Position numbers and translations under genes: made by a program
Notes under the pieces: generated by a model
Seen by the model: only the letters and a program-made list of their open reading frames with translations
What the model was told of the DNA's origin: nothing
Database searches by the model: none
Origin: Isosphaeraceae bacterium
Lineage (GTDB): Bacteria; Planctomycetota; Planctomycetia; Isosphaerales; Isosphaeraceae
NCBI GenBank assembly: GCA_965199885.1
Contig: CBDATT010000002.1
Span: 1 to 64,000 of the forward strand
Direction: 5' to 3'
DNA length: 64,000 nt
Shown here: positions 52,752-62,817 of the stretch, piece by piece
Layout: every line of letters begins with the position of its first letter
Numbering within the stretch: the first letter of the stretch is position 1

Positions 52752-53642
52752 TTAGCTCGCCTTGCCTTCAAGTCGGCGCTCTCGGCCCAACCGACGCAAC
52801 CGGCGGGCGGCCTCGGATCGCTCTCGACCGAGGAGAATCTGCTTGATCGGCGGCGTGAGTTTCCACGCCATCAAAATAGCCCCCTTCCAGGTCAACCGTT
52901 GCACCCCGGCCGGCTCGTCGACATGGTAGTAACCGCACGCGACGACGTGATGCAGGGTCCGGTCGTAGTCCCTGGTCCGAATCAAGCCGGCGGGATCGTG
53001 CAGGAGCGGATTCACCCGAATCCGCCCGGCGTCATAGCGGTTGACCATGGCACGGTGGACGGATAGAAGCTGGCCCGTCTGCTGGATCTGAGGAAAGACC
53101 GTGGCATGATAGGGGGGCGGGAGGTGTGGGAAGACTCTGGCACTCGACCGATTCCCGGTCACGATCTCGGTGCCATCGGTGAACTCGGTGGTGAAGAGGG
53201 CCGACGACGAGACCTGTCGGCGGTCTCCCTTCAAGGCAATCACGGTCAGGATCTTGGCCCGCTCCGCAGTTTGCTGGTTCTGAAAACTCAACACAAATCC
53301 GGTCCCTTCCTTGGTCCCGTTTTGGAGTTGGTACGCCTCATCGGCGACGAAGCCGAGGCGGGCGAGTTCGGCTGATGCTCGGTGAAAATACGCCCGGACC
53401 TCGGGAGCCGCTGCGGGTCCCGCAGGATCAAACGGCTCGTATTCGGGCCGCAGTGCCATGAACTGGGTCCGATGGAGTTGGATCGGGCCGACAACAAACG
53501 GGATGAGCCCAACCAGCACCAAAAGGCGGAACAGGCCAGCCGCTCCGCCCAGTTGGTCCACGATCCCAGGAAGATTCCAGTAGACCGCAAAGATCGCGAT
53601 GAAAATCATCAAACTGGCGATCTTCGGGCTGGATCGAAGCAT
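52752..53642 (-). CDS. hypothetical membrane protein
   Basis: Two N-terminal TM helices (IASLMIFIAIFAVYW; LFRLLVLVGLIPFVVG) followed by a soluble domain. No recognisable family. Confidence 0.35.
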   Translation of the reverse strand: MLRSSPKIASLMIFIAIFAVYWNLPGIVDQLGGAAGLFRLLVLVGLIPFVVGPIQLHRTQFMALRPEYEPFDPAGPAAAPEVRAYFHRASAELARLGFVADEAYQLQNGTKEGTGFVLSFQNQQTAERAKILTVIALKGDRRQVSSSALFTTEFTDGTEIVTGNRSSARVFPHLPPPYHATVFPQIQQTGQLLSVHRAMVNRYDAGRIRVNPLLHDPAGLIRTRDYDRTLHHVVACGYYHVDEPAGVQRLTWKGAILMAWKLTPPIKQILLGRERSEAARRLRRLGRERRLEGKAS

Positions 53643-53712
53643 AGGGCGATTCCATTTCTCCCAAAAATCGGACCAATCCTCGGGCCGATCGTGCCATGAG
53701 GGCCGCGACCAG

Positions 53713-54132
53713 TCAACCGGTGGGTCCGGGGGTGGCCAGTCGCCACGTTTCGCCCTCGAAGACGATGGACGAGGGGTCGTGGGCGGCGTCGTCGTAGCGG
53801 ATCGTGACCTCTTCGCCCGCCTCGATCGCGCGGAGTGCCACGAACTCGATCAGGCGGTCGGCCAGAACCATGCGGAACTCGGCGTTGGGTGTGGCCGAGT
53901 GGTTGTACAGTGACCCCATCCCGAGCGCGATGGCCACGCTGCCGGCCGCTTCGTCCCACCAGAAGCTGTACGAGTCGAGGATCGTCTGCGAGATCAACGC
54001 GGCCTCGGCGGCCGGGATCACGATCACGGGCGCCTGTTCGATTGTCGCCCCGGTGGCGATCGGCTCCGTGGCGAACACGCCACGACCCGCGCTCGGAGTA
54101 ATCTGGAATCGGATCATCCGCTTAAACTCCAT
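53713..54132 (-). CDS. SET domain-containing protein (putative lysine methyltransferase)
   Basis: GRGVFATEPIATGATI at the N-terminus, NHSATPNAEF (NHSCxPN-like) and a post-SET EEVTIRYDD block are present. Its size of about 135 aa is typical of bacterial SET proteins. Confidence 0.55.
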   Translation of the reverse strand: MEFKRMIRFQITPSAGRGVFATEPIATGATIEQAPVIVIPAAEAALISQTILDSYSFWWDEAAGSVAIALGMGSLYNHSATPNAEFRMVLADRLIEFVALRAIEAGEEVTIRYDDAAHDPSSIVFEGETWRLATPGPTG

Positions 54133-54310
54133 TCACCAAGAGTTACCCCCGCCAGGATGCCAGATCGAACCGGATTTGGAAATAATTTGCGGTATTAAGC
54201 AAATAGTCTGCTTAAACCGGGCGTGAGAACACGATTCTATCTGATGAGCGTTCTTCCCGAGCGCACCATTTCACCGAACCGCTTGATTCTGCACCCGAGG
54301 CCCGACTTCC

Positions 54311-55405
54311 ATGCCTGCTCCCATCTCCGCCGCTCGCCTGCAAGCCAACCGCCGGAACGCCCAGCTTTCGAGCGGACCGAAGACGCCCGAGGGCAAGGCA
54401 CGCTCACGAGCTAACGCCGTCAAGCACGGTCTGACCGGCGCCGGGATCGCCTTGCCGAGCGAGGATGCCGCCGCGATCGAGGCCCGCTTCCTCACGATGC
54501 AGGAAGATTTTGCTCCCTCCACGCTTGGCGGCGCCTTGTTGATCCACCTGGCCGCCCTGATGTCGGTGCGGATCGAGCGCTGTGGTCGCCTGGAAGCCGC
54601 CGCCGTGGCCCACCTCCGTCGCCACGCGGGCGACGAGTTTGAGCTGGCTCGCCTGGACGACATCGACGACCTCTTCCATACCATCACCGCCGACCCGCGC
54701 GGCAATCACCGCCGGTTACAAACGAGTATCGAGGGGGTGGACCTTTTGCTCGCCGCCTTGCAAGGCGTGCGCGATCAGGTCGAATCGGGCGCTTACCAGA
54801 CGTGGACCGACGAGGACCGCGCCCAGGTGGACGCCTTCCTCGGTGGGGCATCCTCGAAGTTCCTGCGGTCGCGGGCCGCTGCGCTGATGCAGGCGTTGCA
54901 GGGCAACCTCGACGGCATCACCTCCCGCGAACGGACCCAACTGCCGCCCGGCGACACGCGCCAGTCGCATCTGCGCGTTGAGCTGATCTTGCTGGTCGAC
55001 GTCGAGCGTGCCCGCCTGGAGCAGGTCCGAGCCACCATCGACCCCTCGATCGTCGCCGATGATCGCCAGGAAGCCGCCGGGCGGGCCACCTTGCCGATGA
55101 CCCCCGAGTCGATCCTCCACAAGAAGTACGAGGCGGCGGCGATCAGCACCTTCCTGCGGGCCATCCGCGACTTCCAGAAGGTCGAAAAGGCCGAAGCCGA
55201 AGCGGTGGCCGAAGTGACTCAACCTGATGTCCAGCCCACAGTTGTGGCTCCCGCCGCAGCGCCTGTTCCCGCCGTGTCGCCTCCGGTCGCCGCCGTTCCC
55301 AATATGCAACCCGTCGTCAAAAACGAACCCATCGCGCCGCGGGCCGTTGACCCCAATCCGAACCCAAACAACGTCCCGGTCCATCATTTTTCCGGGTCGC
55401 GCTGA
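54311..55405 (+). CDS. hypothetical protein, paralogue of the 15246-16214 gene
   Basis: N-terminus MPAPISAARLQANRRNAQLSSGPKTPEGKARSRANAVKHGLTGAG aligns with MSTSAARIEANRKNAQLSTGPTSVAGKAASRGNALKHGLTA. The length is similar and the Pro-rich C-terminus is shared. Confidence 0.45.
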   Translation: MPAPISAARLQANRRNAQLSSGPKTPEGKARSRANAVKHGLTGAGIALPSEDAAAIEARFLTMQEDFAPSTLGGALLIHLAALMSVRIERCGRLEAAAVAHLRRHAGDEFELARLDDIDDLFHTITADPRGNHRRLQTSIEGVDLLLAALQGVRDQVESGAYQTWTDEDRAQVDAFLGGASSKFLRSRAAALMQALQGNLDGITSRERTQLPPGDTRQSHLRVELILLVDVERARLEQVRATIDPSIVADDRQEAAGRATLPMTPESILHKKYEAAAISTFLRAIRDFQKVEKAEAEAVAEVTQPDVQPTVVAPAAAPVPAVSPPVAAVPNMQPVVKNEPIAPRAVDPNPNPNNVPVHHFSGSR

Positions 55406-55613
55406 TCCCCAACCGCCGATTGGCGGCGGATCTTGCCCGGAGCAGCGGCCGAATGCCGACCTGAACGCCCCCAGAATGGGAGCGGATTCGGGCTGTCCGG
55501 CCGGCTCGCGCCCCTAAGGAAGGTTAGTCACGGTTTTTGCTGGCAGTCCGGCGGCGTCCAGTGGTTAGAATCAGACGATCGGACCACTTCGGCACCAGTC
55601 CCGGGAGACCGCC

Positions 55614-57026
55614 ATGTCGAGCCGCGCCGCTGACTCGTTGCTTGCGTTCCAGTGGACCGTCCAGCCCGCTGCCAGCGCGTGGGTAGATGCGGTCTGGATG
55701 ATGGTTCAGCGTGAGCTTCCCTGGGCACGCGACTTTGCCAACCGCCTGCTCAAAGAAGCCGGAACCCGGTTCGTCGACCTGATCGACACGGTTTTCTTGC
55801 CGTTGGGGGATGATCGGCTCGCGAGTGCGCTGGCCGCCGGCTGGGAAGCCAGCGGCACGAGTGGGAACTTCGAAGTTTTCGACCAGCCGCAGGGGATTTT
55901 TCCCTCGATCGCCGTCGGCGCGACGGCGCGGCTCGGTGTGGAGTTGAAGGTCGAGAGCGTGGTCGACTTTCTCGCCGCGCACACCCTGACACGGTCGATC
56001 GAGGGTCGCCCGGGCGCGCCTTATCGCCGGGTCGTCATCGACTCGGGGGCCGGCGTGGACCTGAGCATCGCCGAGCGGCACGGGACGCGAGGCTACTCGA
56101 CCGCTGATGGCCCGGATCTGGCCGCCATCCAGGCCGTGGTCGAGGACTTCCGGACCCGCCCGCGCGATTTCCTCGACCCCGCCGAGGGCTTCGCCGATGC
56201 CGAGCAGCGGATCGACGCCGCGATCGACCGGATCGGCCGCGACCATGCCTGCGACCTCTTCTTCCACGCCGAGCGTGCCTACTGGACGGGTCGGAACCAG
56301 GCGGCGCGGGTTCAAAAAGGGCGGCAGGATCGGCTCGGGATCGGCTGGGCGAACCACGACCACCACACGTATCGGAGCAGCCGATCGAGCTTCGCGCTAC
56401 TCGTCCGGGTCTTCGAAAAGCTCGGCCTCGTCTGCCGCGAGCGGTTCTACGCCGGGCTGGCGGCCGGTTGGGGGGCGCAGGTGATGGAGCACCCCGTGAC
56501 GCGGATCGTCACGTTCAACGACGTCGATCTCTCGCCCGCCGAGCTGCAAGGCGACTTCAGCCACGACGGCCTCGCCCCCCGCGCCAATCTGGCGACCATC
56601 GGCCTCTGGTGCGGGCTCCACGGCGAAGCGTTCCTCCAGGCGGGTATGCACCACCTGGAATGCGTCTTCAGCTTCGACGCCCTCCGCGACCAGCTCGCCG
56701 CCGAGGCCAACATCCGCGTCATGAAGCCCTTCACCGACTTCGGCTACCTCCGCCAGGCGTTCACCGAGGGGGAAAAGTGGGCCGTCGCCCCCACTCGGAT
56801 CGAAGCCTTGCGCAACCAGGGGCTGATCACCCCCGACCAGGCTGATCGGTTCCGGACCGAGGGCGCCATCGGCTCGCACCTCGAAAACCTGGAGCGCAAC
56901 GACGGCTTCAAGGGCTTCAACCAGCACGGAGTCAGCGAGATCATCGCCGCCACCGACCCCCGCCGCCAGGCCGACCGCGACGCCTTCGAGACCGTGGACT
57001 ACCAGACGGTTGGCACGCACGCATGA
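55614..57026 (+). CDS. hypothetical protein (470 aa)
   Basis: Long ORF with balanced, non-low-complexity composition, in contrast to the overlapping antisense ORFs. No family recognised. Confidence 0.4.
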   Translation: MSSRAADSLLAFQWTVQPAASAWVDAVWMMVQRELPWARDFANRLLKEAGTRFVDLIDTVFLPLGDDRLASALAAGWEASGTSGNFEVFDQPQGIFPSIAVGATARLGVELKVESVVDFLAAHTLTRSIEGRPGAPYRRVVIDSGAGVDLSIAERHGTRGYSTADGPDLAAIQAVVEDFRTRPRDFLDPAEGFADAEQRIDAAIDRIGRDHACDLFFHAERAYWTGRNQAARVQKGRQDRLGIGWANHDHHTYRSSRSSFALLVRVFEKLGLVCRERFYAGLAAGWGAQVMEHPVTRIVTFNDVDLSPAELQGDFSHDGLAPRANLATIGLWCGLHGEAFLQAGMHHLECVFSFDALRDQLAAEANIRVMKPFTDFGYLRQAFTEGEKWAVAPTRIEALRNQGLITPDQADRFRTEGAIGSHLENLERNDGFKGFNQHGVSEIIAATDPRRQADRDAFETVDYQTVGTHA

Positions 57027-57052
57027 GTCGGTCGGTTACTGTGTCTTGTCCG

Positions 57053-57128
57053 GTTCCCAGGAAATGAATGCGCATCACAGAGATCAGATCGCAAATCGCA
57101 AAGGGTTCTCATGCCTTGATTTGCGATC
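57053..57128. repeat. about 50-nt intergenic repeat, copy B, including 11-bp perfect-stem hairpin
   Basis: GTTCCCAGGAAATGAATGCGCATCACAGAGATCAGATCGCAAATCGCAAAG, followed by the inverted repeat GATCGCAAATC (57087-97) / GATTTGCGATC (57118-28). Confidence 0.4.
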
Positions 57129-57198
57129 CTGCTATTTGCAATGCATCCTCGGTCTCTAATAATCAAATAAATATTTGTACTTACATATAAAATTCAGT

Positions 57199-57642
57199 TC
57201 ACGAACCCAGCACGACGGCCGCTCCCGTCAGCAGCAGGACCACGCCGCCCACGCGGAGCCACGACACCGCGTGCGGGTCGAACCCGAGTAAGCCGAAGTG
57301 GTCGAGGACGACCGACGTCACGATCTGGCCGGTGACGACGATGCCGAGCCAGGAGGCGGCTCCGAGCTTGCGTGAAAAGGTCACCGTCAGCAACAGGTAG
57401 ACCGCTCCGAGCGAGCCGCCGAGCCAGGCCCACCAGGGGCCGGCCTTCCACTGCGTCGCCGAGGGCCAGGGAGTCCGGGCGATGAGGCCGTAGACAAGCA
57501 GGACCAGAGTGCCCGAGGCGAACGAGGTGATGGCTGCGATGATCGGTTGGTCGAGCTTGACCCGGAGGCCGTTGTTGACTCCCACCTGGATCGCGATCGC
57601 GGCGCCGGCAACCAGGGCGATCGCCGCGTAAGTCCATGACAT
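57199..57642 (-). CDS. DMT family transporter (DUF606/YdcZ-like)
   Basis: 147 aa with 4-5 TM helices and the conserved pattern AIQVGVN...LGGSLGAVYLLLTVTFSRKLGAASWLGIVVTGQI. Confidence 0.6.
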   Translation of the reverse strand: MSWTYAAIALVAGAAIAIQVGVNNGLRVKLDQPIIAAITSFASGTLVLLVYGLIARTPWPSATQWKAGPWWAWLGGSLGAVYLLLTVTFSRKLGAASWLGIVVTGQIVTSVVLDHFGLLGFDPHAVSWLRVGGVVLLLTGAAVVLGS

Positions 57643-57902
57643 AAGCTGGGTCTGACCTTTCGGGTCGAAGAGATCCGGGCGGAGGGCAGCGAAGCTGGGG
57701 GCACATCAGGCTAGCCAGGTTGCGACGAGGATGCAACCGCCCCTTGCCGGACCTCACCTTTCCGTTGATGATAGACTCGGGGGAAAGTCGGCCCAATCCG
57801 GTCGGCTTTGACGCTTTATCCCGTATGAGATCCGAGGCCCCAGCGTCGCGATCGGGCTTGAGCCGTCGAGTCGGAGGCGCTGCGGTGATGGGCGGAGGAC
57901 CG

Positions 57903-58514
57903 ATGGATCTGATCGCGAAGGCGCGGGCCGGTGAGCCCGAAGCCCTTGGCGAGTTGTGTCACCTTTACCGCAACTACATGCGGATGGTGGTCCGGACCGG
58001 CCTTGGCCCGAAGCTCCGCGAGCGGGTGGAACTGTCCGACGTGGTCCAGGAAACCCTGGTCGAGGTGGTCCGCCAATTTCCGCACTTTACCGGCCAGAAC
58101 GAGGCAGCGCTGGTCGGTTGGCTCCGGCGGCTGGTCGGGCAAAAGCTGGCCGACCTCGGGCGCTACCACAGCCGAGCCAAGCGGTCCGGCGAGACCCCCG
58201 ACGTGGCGCTCGACGCCGCGTGGGATCTGCCGGGCGGCGGTGGGGCTGGTGAGGGGGGGCGACTCCTCGACATGCTCTCACTCAGCCAGACCAGTCCAAG
58301 CGAGGCCGTCAGTCGCCGCGAGCAGACCGTCTTGCTGGCCGATGCCCTCGCGGCACTGCCGGAAACCGAGGCCGAAGTCCTCTGGCTCCGCCACGCCGAC
58401 AACCTCTCGTTTGAGGCGATCGGCGACCGGATGGGAGTCAGCCGCAAGAGCATCCGCGGGATCTGGGCCCGCGGCCTGAAAAGCCTGAGGCGGACCCTCG
58501 ACGGCCCGCGCTAG
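57903..58514 (+). CDS. RNA polymerase sigma-70 factor, ECF subfamily
   Basis: Sigma region 2 (LCHLYRNYMRMVV...DVVQETLVEV) and region 4 HTH (EVLWLRHADNLSFEAIGDRMGVSRKSIRGIWARGLKSLR). The start could alternatively be 57888. Confidence 0.7.
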   Translation: MDLIAKARAGEPEALGELCHLYRNYMRMVVRTGLGPKLRERVELSDVVQETLVEVVRQFPHFTGQNEAALVGWLRRLVGQKLADLGRYHSRAKRSGETPDVALDAAWDLPGGGGAGEGGRLLDMLSLSQTSPSEAVSRREQTVLLADALAALPETEAEVLWLRHADNLSFEAIGDRMGVSRKSIRGIWARGLKSLRRTLDGPR

Positions 58515-58599
58515 CTGAATTCTTTCCCAGGCGCGTCGGTCGTGCGTTCGACCTCGTCGCGAGTCCTCCTGACCGACTCCCCGGAAGGGTGCCCTCATC

Positions 58600-61500
58600 A
58601 TGGTCCGGCGCGTGGATAATAGTTCCGACTCCGATCAGCCGACCGGCTTCGACCCCGATGGCTCGACCCTCTCGCCGGGGCGGAACCCTGCGCCGCTGGG
58701 CAACCCCCCGGTGGACCGCGACGAGCGACTCGGCGAGGCGATCGAGGCGTACCTGGAACAGGCCGAGGCGGGTCTGCCGCCCGACCCCGAGACGTTCGCC
58801 GCCGACTACCCCGACCTCGGCGACGACCTCCTCGCCGCGCTCGAAGGTCTGGCGCTGGTCAAGGGGCTGGTCGGTGGTCCCGGCGGTCCCGGCCATCGCC
58901 TCGAAGAAGGCCGGCGCGTCGCGGGCTACCGGATCGTCCGCGAACTCGGGCGGGGCGGGATGGGAGTGGTCTACGAGGCCGTCCATGTCGGGCTCGACCG
59001 GCCGGTCGCGCTCAAGGTCCTGGGATCGCAGGCCACGCCCGACTCGTCGGGGCGGCGGCGGTTCCTCAACGAGGCACGGACAGCGGCGGGCTTGCACCAC
59101 ACGCACATCGTCCCGGTCTTCGACGTCGGCCAGGTCGGCGGCCTCTGCTACTACGCGATGCAGCGGATTGAAGGGTCGGGGCTCGACCGCGTCCTGAAAG
59201 CGCTCCGGCGTGATCGGACCGTCGCGTCGGGTTCGACGCACGGGTCCACCCTCCGGCCGGGCAAGCCCGCCGGCCCGACCGGAGCCAGTCCCAACGGCAA
59301 GCCGGCGGAACCGATCCTCGGCGATGAGACGCTCTCGTGGATGGGCGCCAGCGGCCCGATGAGCGGCGGCGGGTCACGCCGTGGCCGCTGGCCGGTCGAC
59401 GCCGAGACCGAGGACGGGCCGGTCTTCAACCCCCCGCGCGGGTCGAACTATTATCGGTGGGTCGCCGACGTCGGTCGGCAGGCCGCCGAGGCGCTGGCGC
59501 ATGCCCACCAGCGCGGGATCATCCACCGCGACATCAAGCCGTCGAACCTCCTTGTCGATGCCCGAGGTGTGATCTGGGTGGCCGACTTTGGCCTTGCCCG
59601 TCGCCTGGCCGACCCGAGCCAGACGCAGGTCGATAGCCTGCTCGGGACCCCCCGCTACATGAGCCCCGAGCAAGCCAGGACGGGCGCCATCGACGGCCGC
59701 GCCGACGTCTACAGCCTCGGCGCCACCCTCTACGAGTTGATCACCCTCCGCCCGCCGTTCGATGGTCAGACCGCCGCCGAGCTGATCGACCAGATCGCCA
59801 CTCGCGAGCCGAGCCGACCCCGGAAGTTCGACATGCGGGTGCCGCTCGACCTGGAAACGATCCTCCTCAAGGCCCTCGCCAAGCGCCCGAGCGACCGCTA
59901 CGCCGGCGCGAGCGAACTGGCCGAGGATCTGGCCCGGTTCCTGGCCCATGAGCCGGTCCGAGCCCGGCGGATCGGCCCGATTGGCCGGACCTGGCGGTTC
60001 GCCCGCCGCCACCCTGGGGTCTCAGTCGTCTCGGTCCTGGCAACGACGCTTGTCCTGACGACGGCGTCGGTCGCCTATGTCCGGATCGATCGTGCTCGTC
60101 GCGTGGCCGACCGCGCGGCCGACGGGACCTTGCAGGCGTTGCTTGAGACCGAAGCCGTCAACAGCCAGCTGGAAATTGTCAATGACCAGTTGAAGGTCGC
60201 TGTGCTCGAAGGATATGAAAAACAGGCGGCGAACACGCTCTTATCGAGAGCGGCGAACCGGCGGTCGAGCGGGCTTGATCTGGTGAAGCGGGCGGCCAAA
60301 CTGGGCAAGGAGATGCCAGCCGACCCCGACCGGCGGGTCCGCCTCCGCGACCAGGCGCTCGCGTTCCTGACGCTCCGCGACGTCGAGGCCCAACCGCCGA
60401 TCCACCTGACCGACGGTCCGCGCCGGGGGCTCGTCTTTGGCCCGAATAGCCAGCGGATCGCGGCTCTGAGCGAAGATGGGGAACTGGCCGTCTGGAATGT
60501 GGCCGACCGCGAGGCGATCGACGCTTCCCGGATGGCGATCGCCCCGGCGCGTCGGGGTCGGATCGGGCGCGGCGGTGGCTACCGGTCGTTGTTTCCGGGC
60601 GATCGGATCGCGGTGGCCGGCGACCAGTTCGTCGTCATCCAGCCCGACGAGGCGGGCGTCCGCTGGTTCGACGTGACGGCCCCCGATGATCCGGTCGCTG
60701 AGTTCGCCATCAAGGGGCAGCATGTCGTCTCGGTCCTCGCCGCGACCGATAGCCGGCGCTTCGTGACCATCGGTCTACCGATCGCGCCGGCGCGGGTTGG
60801 TCCGCCTGGGCCGGGCCTCGATCCGTCCGGGCCTCGACCTGAGGAGGAAGAATTGCGGATCTGCCTCTGGGATCGCGACCATCCCGACGCTCCCCTGGCG
60901 ATCCTGACGCTCGACCCACCCCCCGCGGATGGCCCGCCCGGTCGGCTCCTGCTGGCCATCGCGCCGGATGGGTCGAAGATTGCCGCGGCGCGGTCGATCG
61001 GGGCCTCGGTGGCGCTCTGGAACGGCGACGGTCTGCCCCTCAAACCGATCCCGATCCAGGGGAACGCCACCGCGCTGGCGATCGGGCCGACCGGGCAACT
61101 GGCGATCGCTGGCAACGGCGGGACCGTGGCGTTCTGGGATCTCGCGCTGCCCAGCCCCAAACCGCTCCCCGGGATCGACTTGCATCTGAACTTCGTCTAC
61201 TTCCTCCGGTTCAGCCCGCGCGACGGGTCGATGCTCGCCGCCGCCGGTTACATGAGCCACGATATCGAACTCTGGGACCTCGCCACGCAGACGCCGATCG
61301 CCGCGCTGGCCGCGCCCGACGGAGTCACCGATCTGGCCTTCGCGCCCGACGGCCGGACCCTGACGGCCGCATCCACCCCCGACCCGAAGACCCAGACCAC
61401 CAGCACCACCGCGCAGATCGCGTTCTGGTCGCTGGTCGAGCCGACGGCTCAGACGGCGCTGGCTGAATCGGGCGATTACACCTCAGCGCTCGCCTTCGGG

Positions 61501-62445
61501 CCGGGCAATCTCCTGGCCATCGCGTCGGTGGAAGCCAACCTCGCCACGGCCGGGCCGCTCCGCCTCTGGGGCGGGCCGGGCCAGTGCCCGCCGTCGATCA
61601 CGTCCTGGCCGAAGGTCCGGCCGATCTCGGTCAGCTTCGACCCCTCAGGGCAACTCATCACCACCGACGCGGACACGCTTCGCTGGTTCCAGCCGCCACA
61701 GATCGAGCCGATCCGCGAGGTCCCGATCCTGAACGAGAACCGACCCCCGAGCCGACCCGGTGAGCGGCGGTTCGACCCGCCTCCTCGGGTCGTCGCCCGG
61801 AGTGCTGATGGCTCGACGCTCCTGATCAGCCGCCGCGATACCCTCTTCTCGTGGCGGGCGAGCGCTCCCACCACGCTCGCCCGCATGACGACCGACGCCG
61901 ACCGGCGGCCGGAAGGGTTCGCCCGCGGAGTCCAGGCCGTGCTCGCCCCTGACGCGACCCGCTTCTACCACCTGGCCCAGCGTGGGGCGGAACTCCTGGC
62001 CCGCCCGATCGACGCCCACGAGATCCACACCCCCGTCTGGACCGTGGCGGTGACGCAGGCGAACCACCTGATCCTGAGCCCCGACGGCCGGACCCTGGCG
62101 ATCGGCAACCACCTGGGCGAGGTCGAACTCCGCGACGCCCTCGATGGTTCGTTTCAGGCCCGACTGCCGATCACCGCCACCGACAAACCGGGACCCGTCG
62201 AGGCGCTTGCCTTCGCCCCGGACGGCCGGACCCTCGCCGTCGGCGGCGGCGAACAGGTCCGCCTCTGGGCCATCGACGCCCCGGCCCGGCCCCTGGTGCG
62301 CCTGTCCGGCTACCGGGGCGCTGTTCGAACCCTGGCGTTCGATCTGCTCGGCGGTCAGATCGCCGGCGCTGATGACAAGATCATCAAGGTCTGGGACCTC
62401 ACTCGGCTCCGCCAGGAACTCGATCGGGTCGGTCTCAACTGGTAA
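58600..62445 (+). CDS. serine/threonine protein kinase with TM segment and C-terminal WD40/beta-propeller repeats
   Basis: Kinase subdomains GRGGMGVVYEA, VALKVL, HRDIKPSNLLVD, DFGLAR and SPEQ. One TM helix is near aa 480. WD-like repeats (VAVWNV, VALWNG, VAFWDL, IELWDL, IKVWDL) follow. Confidence 0.85.
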   Translation: MVRRVDNSSDSDQPTGFDPDGSTLSPGRNPAPLGNPPVDRDERLGEAIEAYLEQAEAGLPPDPETFAADYPDLGDDLLAALEGLALVKGLVGGPGGPGHRLEEGRRVAGYRIVRELGRGGMGVVYEAVHVGLDRPVALKVLGSQATPDSSGRRRFLNEARTAAGLHHTHIVPVFDVGQVGGLCYYAMQRIEGSGLDRVLKALRRDRTVASGSTHGSTLRPGKPAGPTGASPNGKPAEPILGDETLSWMGASGPMSGGGSRRGRWPVDAETEDGPVFNPPRGSNYYRWVADVGRQAAEALAHAHQRGIIHRDIKPSNLLVDARGVIWVADFGLARRLADPSQTQVDSLLGTPRYMSPEQARTGAIDGRADVYSLGATLYELITLRPPFDGQTAAELIDQIATREPSRPRKFDMRVPLDLETILLKALAKRPSDRYAGASELAEDLARFLAHEPVRARRIGPIGRTWRFARRHPGVSVVSVLATTLVLTTASVAYVRIDRARRVADRAADGTLQALLETEAVNSQLEIVNDQLKVAVLEGYEKQAANTLLSRAANRRSSGLDLVKRAAKLGKEMPADPDRRVRLRDQALAFLTLRDVEAQPPIHLTDGPRRGLVFGPNSQRIAALSEDGELAVWNVADREAIDASRMAIAPARRGRIGRGGGYRSLFPGDRIAVAGDQFVVIQPDEAGVRWFDVTAPDDPVAEFAIKGQHVVSVLAATDSRRFVTIGLPIAPARVGPPGPGLDPSGPRPEEEELRICLWDRDHPDAPLAILTLDPPPADGPPGRLLLAIAPDGSKIAAARSIGASVALWNGDGLPLKPIPIQGNATALAIGPTGQLAIAGNGGTVAFWDLALPSPKPLPGIDLHLNFVYFLRFSPRDGSMLAAAGYMSHDIELWDLATQTPIAALAAPDGVTDLAFAPDGRTLTAASTPDPKTQTTSTTAQIAFWSLVEPTAQTALAESGDYTSALAFGPGNLLAIASVEANLATAGPLRLWGGPGQCPPSITSWPKVRPISVSFDPSGQLITTDADTLRWFQPPQIEPIREVPILNENRPPSRPGERRFDPPPRVVARSADGSTLLISRRDTLFSWRASAPTTLARMTTDADRRPEGFARGVQAVLAPDATRFYHLAQRGAELLARPIDAHEIHTPVWTVAVTQANHLILSPDGRTLAIGNHLGEVELRDALDGSFQARLPITATDKPGPVEALAFAPDGRTLAVGGGEQVRLWAIDAPARPLVRLSGYRGAVRTLAFDLLGGQIAGADDKIIKVWDLTRLRQELDRVGLNW

Positions 62446-62817
62446 ACTTTGCCTCGTTTCACCAGATTCTGACCTGATGTTCAGGGAAGATGGGGAAACC
62501 GCGTAATTTCATAAAATTGCTCGAAATGCTTCACTTTCGTAAACAGAATCCGGGTAAAACACCAGCAGTCACGACCGTTTGGGAGGGGTTTCCGCCAGTT
62601 TTGCGGGTGAGAATCATGCTTTTGCCCTGTGAGATCGAAAGATTGCCGATTGCTTTCTTTGGCATCATTTTCAGTCCGAAAGAGTTCGCTCTGAACAATT
62701 TCCATCACGGCAAAGTTTGCGAAATTTTGCAAAAAAAGATTGCATTCCAGGAAGGCATATCCCATCTTGGCAGGGGAACGCGGGGGTCAGCGAGGCTTCC
62801 CACTTCTCCGACTGATC

